DNA of 64,000 nucleotides from a virus (Duplodnaviria; Caudoviricetes): IMG/VR virus record IMGVR_UViG_3300026116_000035; one strand, 5' to 3'. Shown piece by piece: positions 57,871 to 64,000 of this stretch (position 1 is its first letter; each line of letters starts with the position of its first letter). The notes under the pieces were generated by a model. It saw only the letters and a program-made list of their open reading frames with translations, ran no database searches and was not told where the DNA came from. The position numbers and the translations under genes were made by a program.

Positions 57871-58197
57871 ATGTTTAGAATATATTGTACTAATAAAGGC
57901 TGCGGCAAAGAAAATGAAGCCGTCTTAAATACCGAAAATAACGAAGTTGAATGTATTGAGTGTGGCAAAAATATCACAGTCCCTCATTCTACCAAAATCT
58001 CTATGAAAGGTCTCGGTCAAATTAAACGTACGAAAAAAAGCGAGAAAGCCTTCGCTGTAGAATGTAAAAAATGTAACAAAGTTTGCGTCCCATCAGTTGA
58101 CCAAAATAATAAAATAATATGCTCGAATTGCAAAAATGTTTTAGATAATATTTCAGCTCCTTTTGCTACCTTAATTCGAGAAAAAATTAAAAAATAA
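57871..58197 (+). CDS. multi-zinc-ribbon hypothetical protein
   Basis: CTNKGC, CIEC, CKKC, CSNC; AAGGA RBS. Confidence 0.8.
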   Translation: MFRIYCTNKGCGKENEAVLNTENNEVECIECGKNITVPHSTKISMKGLGQIKRTKKSEKAFAVECKKCNKVCVPSVDQNNKIICSNCKNVLDNISAPFATLIREKIKK

Positions 58198-58207
58198 AGA
58201 TTTATAA

Positions 58208-58279
58208 ATGGATTTAATTATTGTTTTTGCGGGTATTATTCTATTTCTTTCTCTCATATTTAAAAAAAGCCGAGATTAA
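58208..58279 (+). CDS. possible 23-aa membrane peptide
   Basis: MDLIIVFAGIILFLSLIFKKSRD fills the gap; not in ORF track. Confidence 0.35.
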   Translation: MDLIIVFAGIILFLSLIFKKSRD

Positions 58280-58282
58280 GTA

Positions 58283-58495
58283 ATGGAATACATTGAATAT
58301 ATAGACGAAGAAACAAAAAGTAAGCATGTAATTTACAAAGATCCATTAAGTTCCATTATAAGTGGTAATATTATTTATAATTGTAAATATTGTGAATTCG
58401 TATTAGTACATTTGGCGACTTTAGATATTAAAGTTAATAATAAATATCATTGTTTAAATGATGAAGAAAAAATTATTAAAGATTTAATTGATTAA
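58283..58495 (+). CDS. array E member 1 (H/CKYC/C protein with C-terminal signature)
   Basis: MEYIEYIDE, CKYC, CLNDEEKIIKDLID. Confidence 0.8.
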   Translation: MEYIEYIDEETKSKHVIYKDPLSSIISGNIIYNCKYCEFVLVHLATLDIKVNNKYHCLNDEEKIIKDLID

Positions 58496-58497
58496 AT

Positions 58498-58722
58498 ATG
58501 GAATATATCGAATATATAGACGATCAAACTAAAGATAAACATTTGATTTATTGTGCAACTTCTCATGGAGCGGCACAGGTATATAATTGTAAATATTGTA
58601 ATTTTAAATTAACATATGTTTTTATTTTTGATCGTAAACTTAAAAAATTACGTAATACATATATTACAAGTAGTATATGTTTAACTAATGAAGAAAGAAT
58701 TATAATAGATATAATAAATTAA
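58498..58722 (+). CDS. array E member 2
   Basis: MEYIEYIDD, CKYC, CLTNEERIIIDIIN. Confidence 0.8.
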   Translation: MEYIEYIDDQTKDKHLIYCATSHGAAQVYNCKYCNFKLTYVFIFDRKLKKLRNTYITSSICLTNEERIIIDIIN

Positions 58723-58923
58723 ATGAAATATATTAAATATACAGATGAAACAACTGGCGAACATTTAATTTATAAAGTTATCAGTATTAAATTATTTGAT
58801 ATGTATCATTGTAAATATTGTAATTATATATTATATGAATCAACTACAAGAAATTTAAGAGCAGGCTCTAATGTTTTCTGTCTTTCTAATGAAGAAAAAA
58901 TAATAAAAGATATAATTGAATGA
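58723..58923 (+). CDS. array E member 3
   Basis: MKYIKYTDE, CKYC, CLSNEEKIIKDIIE. Confidence 0.8.
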   Translation: MKYIKYTDETTGEHLIYKVISIKLFDMYHCKYCNYILYESTTRNLRAGSNVFCLSNEEKIIKDIIE

Positions 58924-59711
58924 ATTGTATTGAATTATCTAAACAAATAATATTTAAATCTGAACTATTTGCCGAAGTTATGAGTGCTTGTTCCACTCTA
59001 TTAAAATATCACCCAATTGCCGAAAATGCCAGAAATTATCTAAATCAAAGATGTTCACCCCATTATCAAAAAGAATTTAATTTTGGTTATTTCCCTAAAC
59101 TCTCTGAATTAACTCATCTACTTAATTTATTAGATGATGGTGAAAATAAACTAAATAAATTAGGCCTTCTATATAAAAGAGATTTTCTAACCGATGGTAT
59201 CTTTCTAAAAGAAAATTCGTTACCATTAGAAAATCATAACCTAATTCTACCATATAAAAATCTTTATGGGGATATTATTGCACTTGTAGGTAGAACTTTA
59301 TTACCTAAAGAACAACAAATTAATATATCCAAATACAAAAATACTGAATTTAAAAAAAATAAACATCTTTTCGGTCTATATAAATCTAAAAAAGCTATTC
59401 TTCAAAAAAATGCAGTATTTATCGTAGAAGGTCAATTCGATTTCATTTCTTGCTATAGACATGGTTTCCATAATGCTGTAGCTGTAGGTAACGCCAATTT
59501 AAGTAAAAATCAATTCTATATATTAAAAAGATACACTAATAACTTGTATTTTGTGTTTGATAATGATGATGCCGGTAAAAAAGGATTCGAAAAAGCTAAA
59601 TTAAAATATTCTAATAATGCTAATATTCAAAAAATTATTATTCCTAAAGAATTTAAGGATATAGATGAATATTTAAATAATAGCCCAAATCATGATATAT
59701 TAGAATTATAA
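58920..59711 (+). CDS. dnaG: DnaG-type primase catalytic core (TOPRIM), lacking the zinc-binding domain
   Basis: FGYFP, LILPY...IIALVGR, KYKNT, LFGLY, FIVEGQFD, VFDNDDAG. Confidence 0.9.
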   Translation: MNCIELSKQIIFKSELFAEVMSACSTLLKYHPIAENARNYLNQRCSPHYQKEFNFGYFPKLSELTHLLNLLDDGENKLNKLGLLYKRDFLTDGIFLKENSLPLENHNLILPYKNLYGDIIALVGRTLLPKEQQINISKYKNTEFKKNKHLFGLYKSKKAILQKNAVFIVEGQFDFISCYRHGFHNAVAVGNANLSKNQFYILKRYTNNLYFVFDNDDAGKKGFEKAKLKYSNNANIQKIIIPKEFKDIDEYLNNSPNHDILEL

Positions 59712-59735
59712 TATTTATTTTCACAGAGGAGTTTA

Positions 59736-60233
59736 ATGCCAAAAGCTAAAAAAAATAAAAAAGGTATCGGTATATCAGGGGGCGGAGAATCCATCGATCG
59801 CACCAAAAATAGGTCCGACCATTATCAGCCAATTATCTGCGAAGCCCCCTGTAGCCCCGAAATGCTCACTGAAGTAGCCGATGGGGACGGTATCTCCACG
59901 CAACTTAATCCTTTTAATTATAATGAAGAACTAATTGAATTAAGAGATCAATTAAAAGCAGCTATGTGGAGATTGATTGAAGAAGAATTGACAGATAGAC
60001 AAGCAGAAGTTATAAAGTTATACGCATTAGGAAAGACTCAAACTGAAATCGCGAAGCAATTAGGTATTAATCAAAGTTCGATCACGAAAAGTCTTAGAGG
60101 TAATTGTGACTATCGTAATGGTAAAAAGGTTTATGGTGGAGCTCAAAAGAAACTCAGAAAAATTGCTGATAAAGATTCCGAAATAAAAGAAATTTTAAAT
60201 AGAATTAGTGAAATAGAAGGTGATATTTTTTAA
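59736..60233 (+). CDS. sigma70 region-4-like HTH transcription factor
   Basis: LTDRQAEVIKLYALGKTQTEIAKQLGINQSSITKSL; no evident region 2. Confidence 0.75.
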   Translation: MPKAKKNKKGIGISGGGESIDRTKNRSDHYQPIICEAPCSPEMLTEVADGDGISTQLNPFNYNEELIELRDQLKAAMWRLIEEELTDRQAEVIKLYALGKTQTEIAKQLGINQSSITKSLRGNCDYRNGKKVYGGAQKKLRKIADKDSEIKEILNRISEIEGDIF

Positions 60234-60263
60234 TATATTGAATTGATTTTTATTTAATGAAAA

Positions 60264-60399
60264 GCTCCTCCGTGGGAAACTTTTTTCTACATTTGTTACT
60301 CACGGACTTCTGAGGGGTAATTTGGAAAAAGATCGATTTGGTTACATTTCTGCGTTGACTTCGAATCGTGCGATGCATATAGTGTTTCTACTCAAGGAG
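60264..60399 (+). promoter_or_regulatory. GC-richer structured leader (candidate cis-regulatory RNA)
   Basis: tccgtggg/ctcacgga stem; ctcct (60265-60269) complementary to the AGGAG RBS (60395-60399). Confidence 0.4.
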
Positions 60400-60405
60400 A
60401 TACAT

Positions 60406-60813
60406 ATGAATAATAAAGATGAAGCAAATAAAATTCGCCGAGAAAAATATGCAGAAAATCCAACACCTCATATTGAGCATGCTACTGAATATTATTATAA
60501 CAATAAAGAATCTGTTTTAAATAAACAAAAAGAATATCGTAAATTAAATGCTGAAAAACGAAAAGAGCTAAATAAACAATATTATGAAGCTAATAAAGAA
60601 GCTTCAGCAAATTCTACAGCTGAGAAAAGAAAAATTATTAAAGAACAAAATGACCTTCTAACTAAAGAAGAAATTTATAGTAAAACTCCAATAAAATATT
60701 GTCCTAAATGTAACATATCACACAATAGTGAAGATTTTTTTATTGATAAGACTAAAAAAGACGGTTTATCAAGAATTTGTAAAGCAGCTAAAAAATTGGA
60801 AAAACTAAAATGA
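60406..60813 (+). CDS. K/E/Y-rich protein with C-terminal zinc motif (paralogue of the GIY-YIG C-terminus)
   Basis: AAGGAG RBS supports ATG 60406 rather than TTG 60322; KYCPKC...DGLSRICK. Confidence 0.75.
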   Translation: MNNKDEANKIRREKYAENPTPHIEHATEYYYNNKESVLNKQKEYRKLNAEKRKELNKQYYEANKEASANSTAEKRKIIKEQNDLLTKEEIYSKTPIKYCPKCNISHNSEDFFIDKTKKDGLSRICKAAKKLEKLK

Positions 60814-61724
60814 GAACTTATTATATCTATAAGTATACTAATTTAGTTGATGCTAATCATAAAATCTATGTAGGGCAATGTTTTAATATAGAACAACGAA
60901 AACGAGCTCATAAATCAGCAGCGAAAAAGAACAGTGAGGCTTGCCCTTTATTTTATAGGGCTTTAAGAAAATATGGCTACGAAAGCTTTAGTTTTGAAAT
61001 TTTAGAAGAAATTGTCACAGATCAGGCTGGGATTGATGAAAGAGAAATTTTCTGGATTAAGGAATTAGATGCCACTAATAATGATGTAGGATATAATCTA
61101 AGTGGTGGTGGATTTGGAAACTCAAATCCATTAAATACGGATTCTCATAAACAGTGTCCGAGATGTAAATTAGTAAAATCACGAGAAGATGATTATACTA
61201 AAAATGCATATAGTCATGATGGCATTTGTTTTTGCTGTAAAGAATGTCATGCTAAAATTACTGCTGAATATAAATCTGGACTTTCTGAAGAAGAAAAAGA
61301 ACGTCGAAATCAAGTTAGAAGAGATGCTTATGCTAAAAATCCTGAACCTTATATTCAACAAGCTAAAAATTATTATGAAAATAATAAAGACAAAGTAAGT
61401 CTTTATAAAAAGGAATATGCTGAAAAAAATAAAGAAATAATTAAGGAAAAAAATAAACAATATAAAGACGATAATAAAGAAATTTTACTTCAAAATGATA
61501 AAGAGTATAGACGGCAAGTTAAAGATGCTAATTCAAAACTAACCAAAGAACAAATATTTGCTCGAACTCCTATTAAATTTTGTGCCGGAACGTGTCAAAA
61601 AGATATAGATTCTATTAATTTCTATATAGATTTAACAAGAGTTGATGGGTTAGCTAGAATTTGTAAAGAATGCCATAAGGCTAGGATGGCAATTAATCGT
61701 GAAAGTAAAAGAATAATGGTTTGA
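60810..61724 (+). CDS. GIY-YIG homing endonuclease
   Basis: YYIYKYTN...IYVGQ...R...H, F..EILE, EREIFWIK...GYN; followed by Cys-rich and helical repeat domains. Confidence 0.9.
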   Translation: MRTYYIYKYTNLVDANHKIYVGQCFNIEQRKRAHKSAAKKNSEACPLFYRALRKYGYESFSFEILEEIVTDQAGIDEREIFWIKELDATNNDVGYNLSGGGFGNSNPLNTDSHKQCPRCKLVKSREDDYTKNAYSHDGICFCCKECHAKITAEYKSGLSEEEKERRNQVRRDAYAKNPEPYIQQAKNYYENNKDKVSLYKKEYAEKNKEIIKEKNKQYKDDNKEILLQNDKEYRRQVKDANSKLTKEQIFARTPIKFCAGTCQKDIDSINFYIDLTRVDGLARICKECHKARMAINRESKRIMV

Positions 61725-61753
61725 TATAATTAAACAATATATTAAATTTATGG

Positions 61754-61788
61754 AATCCGGATATTTGAATAAAATATCCGGATTTTTT
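61754..61788 (+). terminator. intrinsic terminator
   Basis: aatccggatattt-gaata-aaatatccggatt plus T run. Confidence 0.85.
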
Positions 61789-61875
61789 ATTTTGTGCGTT
61801 ATAGTATTAAAACAGGGTATTAATTTTATAATAATTCTACTACTTTAAAGACATAAATTTGAGTTATATGTATTT

Positions 61876-62349
61876 TTGGAGAATTTAATGGACAAACATT
61901 CGGTTGATTATGAGTCAATAAATAAAAAGCTTACGGCTAAAAAAGCTTATAAATACAATGATGTTAAAGATCATTTAATTAAAGTAGCTTTTGATGTCGT
62001 TAAGTTTAAAGATGCTGATAATATCGATGGATTGTGGCAAATTCAAAGTGCAGATGATGGTGAAGTAATTGTGGCATTATATGAAGAGACGCCGAAATTA
62101 GAAACGCGTTCTTCATGGTCAGCAGTTCCAGATAAAACCGCATCTTATGTTCATATATTCTATAAAAATGAACCAATCACTAAGTTAGCTATGGCTTCTT
62201 TGGGTATTCAGGAAAAGGATACGGTTTCATTTATTGAGACTTTACCGAAGATTTTGGCTGAAAATTCAAGCATTCGTACGCAAATGTTGAGAGAATTAAA
62301 TAGCGAAGATAAGTCAAATCTTATTAAAAAATATCCAGAATTAGGCTAA
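61876..62349 (+). CDS. hypothetical protein (probable start of a virion/head gene block)
   Basis: 157 aa, or ATG 61888 after GGAG; KVAF, KTAS, KLAM motifs. Confidence 0.75.
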   Translation: MENLMDKHSVDYESINKKLTAKKAYKYNDVKDHLIKVAFDVVKFKDADNIDGLWQIQSADDGEVIVALYEETPKLETRSSWSAVPDKTASYVHIFYKNEPITKLAMASLGIQEKDTVSFIETLPKILAENSSIRTQMLRELNSEDKSNLIKKYPELG

Positions 62350-62361
62350 TGAGGAATTTAA

Positions 62362-63972
62362 ATGAATCCGAATGATATTAACAATTTTAAGAAAGCGATG
62401 GACGTAGTAACCAACGTAATAGAAGCTAAAGAGAAGTTTCTAGTAGGTCCATTAGCGATAAGATTAAGTAGAGCTGCCGAGGAGAATCCTGGAGATACAA
62501 CGATTCATTCGATGTCTGCTTTTCTTCGTTTAAAAGCTGAAAAAGAGATGTTTATTTCTAAAGCTGAATTAAATTCTGTATATAATAAATTTTATACTAC
62601 CGGGACTCATTGTGCTGAATATTTTGATAAAGAAATTTCAAAACAAGCTGATTTTCAAGGTAATAAAATGAATCGTGACCCGAATGAAGGGAGTTACGAT
62701 TATTTTAAGTCAGCAGATCCTCTTTTAGTTAATGCATTAGAGTCGGCTTTTGATCCTAAAGCTCCATTAAAATTATATTCAAAAGAAATTGCGAAATCTG
62801 CTGAAAATGTTTGTAATAAAGAATTGAGTTATTTTCCTGTTCAGCCTGCAAAAATTGAAACAGTAGCTGGTAATGAGGATGTTCTTTTATGCAAAGCTAG
62901 TTATGAGACGCCAAAAGGTCAGAGTCATGTATTAATCCCTGTAGAAATTGCTGGTGATAAAGCTTTGTTTCCAACGGTATTTGTAAGTGAAGCTGGTTTT
63001 GAGACGTTAAATCATGATAATTTGGGTAAGCATTTAATTGCTAGTGTAGGGAAAAATTTTAAAGCTAATGTTGATGCTATATTAAATGTAATAAAAACGG
63101 CAAAACATGGAGTTAAGCCTGATGAAGCATTAAATGATGTTGAGAAGATTGTAATAAAGGCTTCATTAAATAAAAAAGCTAATGTTGTTGAAAATGGTTT
63201 ATATTTTGAATTAAATGATAAAAATTCAGGTGATGTTAAATTAGAATCAAAAGCTGAAGAAGTTGAAACATTTGCTCAAAAATTAAGTTCAGCGAAAGGT
63301 ATAGCTGAGGTAACGTATGGTAAATCAGTAGTTGATGTTGGCAGAACTATGATTCGTCAAGCTATGGAATCATTTGGGCATAAAGTTCAGGTTGTAGTAG
63401 CGGATGTTAATAATACTCAGGTAGTTTATGCAGTATCTAATGGAGTAACTGGATTAAAAGTTCCGGTTAAATTTGCAAATAATCGTCCAGTACCTCCAAC
63501 GGTAGCTTTGGCTGGTGGTATGGTTGAATCATTTGATAAAGATGGAGTTGATAAATTATTTAGTGAACAAGATTTTGCAAAGGCTTCATTAGCTTCAGAA
63601 TTTTACGGATCAAAGCCTAGTGAATTAATTGAAACCATTAAAGTTTCAATGAGTAATCGAGATTTTACTAAGGCTGAAGATGCGTTAAATGTACTAGCTA
63701 ATTCTGGAGATGAAAAAGCGTATCAATTTGGAATGAGTGTATATTTAAATGAGCTTGGTTCAAAGGGTGTAGAGAAGACGGCATCTGTCCATAAGTGTGC
63801 AATGCAGATAAAGAGTCCGAATAGTATACATATAATGTGTGGTCATATGAATTTGCCATTAAATAAAGTATATCAAGATGCTCAAGGAAACTGTTTACCA
63901 CTTTATCGTAAAAATGCTGAACATACAAATGAAAGTGGATCATTTCTTGATTCCAAAATTTATATAGGATAA
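62362..63972 (+). CDS. hypothetical protein, probable virion/head protein
   Basis: 536 aa; GAGGA RBS; repeated K-x-A motifs (IKTAK, KKAN, EKTAS); two repeats of a YETP/LIPVEI-like and LKVPVKF-like unit. Confidence 0.75.
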   Translation: MNPNDINNFKKAMDVVTNVIEAKEKFLVGPLAIRLSRAAEENPGDTTIHSMSAFLRLKAEKEMFISKAELNSVYNKFYTTGTHCAEYFDKEISKQADFQGNKMNRDPNEGSYDYFKSADPLLVNALESAFDPKAPLKLYSKEIAKSAENVCNKELSYFPVQPAKIETVAGNEDVLLCKASYETPKGQSHVLIPVEIAGDKALFPTVFVSEAGFETLNHDNLGKHLIASVGKNFKANVDAILNVIKTAKHGVKPDEALNDVEKIVIKASLNKKANVVENGLYFELNDKNSGDVKLESKAEEVETFAQKLSSAKGIAEVTYGKSVVDVGRTMIRQAMESFGHKVQVVVADVNNTQVVYAVSNGVTGLKVPVKFANNRPVPPTVALAGGMVESFDKDGVDKLFSEQDFAKASLASEFYGSKPSELIETIKVSMSNRDFTKAEDALNVLANSGDEKAYQFGMSVYLNELGSKGVEKTASVHKCAMQIKSPNSIHIMCGHMNLPLNKVYQDAQGNCLPLYRKNAEHTNESGSFLDSKIYIG

Positions 63973-64000
63973 AAATGGTCAAAGTATCGATATTACTTGA

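Noticed and set aside
54068-58923. CRISPR array or diversity-generating retroelement explanation for the periodic repeats
   Set aside because: The repeats are degenerate, in-frame coding ends with ~200-240-nt periodicity, not identical 25-45-nt repeats with short spacers. No reverse transcriptase or adenine-only TR/VR pair was seen.
60322-60405. N-terminal extension of the 60322-60813 ORF from a TTG start
   Set aside because: A strong AAGGAG RBS precedes ATG 60406, and the extension has atypical composition overlapping a structured tract.
1217-63982. Minus-strand and off-frame ORFs in the track (1217-1519, 4141-4323, 12450-12668, 14837-15148, 16870-17115, 17432-17632, 27183-27410, 27781-28002, 34179-34421, 35505-35726, 38942-39295, 39565-39882, 40998-41264, 44859-45236, 46620-46835, 48615-48968, 48883-49086, 51110-51343, 57327-57572, 61179-61460, 61189-61398, 63698-63982)
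   Set aside because: They lie within or across well-supported + strand genes and have the Ser/Phe/Ile/Leu-rich composition of shadow frames, with no recognisable motifs.
1-64000. Alternative genetic code (TAG or TGA recoding), as in some large phages
   Set aside because: Code 11 already gives near-complete coding density with full-length DnaE, TopA and SbcC. TAG ends several genes (20198, 20623, 23523, 29811) and TGA ends many. The in-frame TAG at 31749 replaces a Trp codon and is best read as a nonsense mutation.
1-64000. Cellular (e.g. reduced bacterial) chromosome, given infC, tig, clpP, dnaE and topA
   Set aside because: No ribosomal protein operons, rRNA or metabolic operons; single-strand gene orientation, gp32-like SSB, homing endonucleases and many small orphan ORFs fit a jumbo phage better. 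Capsid and terminase genes are not in this window, so this is not formally proven.
63975-64000. ORF starting at ATG 63975
   Set aside because: Cut off by the window end after 8 codons; cannot be characterised.

Overview
This very AT-rich window (about 25% GC by eye) is densely coding and almost entirely on the + strand, in standard genetic code 11. It reads as part of a jumbo/huge tailed-phage genome rather than a cell. Replication and recombination genes: DnaE-type Pol III alpha, a primase split into two distant ORFs, gp32-like SSB, RecA/UvsX, SbcCD, RuvC, TopA, RNase HII, dNMP kinase and HU. Host-like translation and proteostasis genes: IF3, ribosomal protein bS21, peptide deformylase with a SEC-C tail, trigger factor, DnaJ, ClpP, thioredoxin, DksA and an RlmN-like radical SAM enzyme. 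It also carries nucleotide/phosphate-handling enzymes, HNH and GIY-YIG nucleases, probable virion proteins and one IS607-family element (tnpA + tnpB). The most striking unexplained structure is about 31 small genes and pseudogenes in five tandem arrays plus one singleton. Their cores belong to unrelated families, yet nearly all end in the same ~13-residue C-terminal signature (L-T-x-D/E-E-x-I-I-K-x-I-I-E-stop). I found no tRNA, rRNA, CRISPR array or reverse transcriptase. All product calls come from motif recognition by eye; no database search was run.
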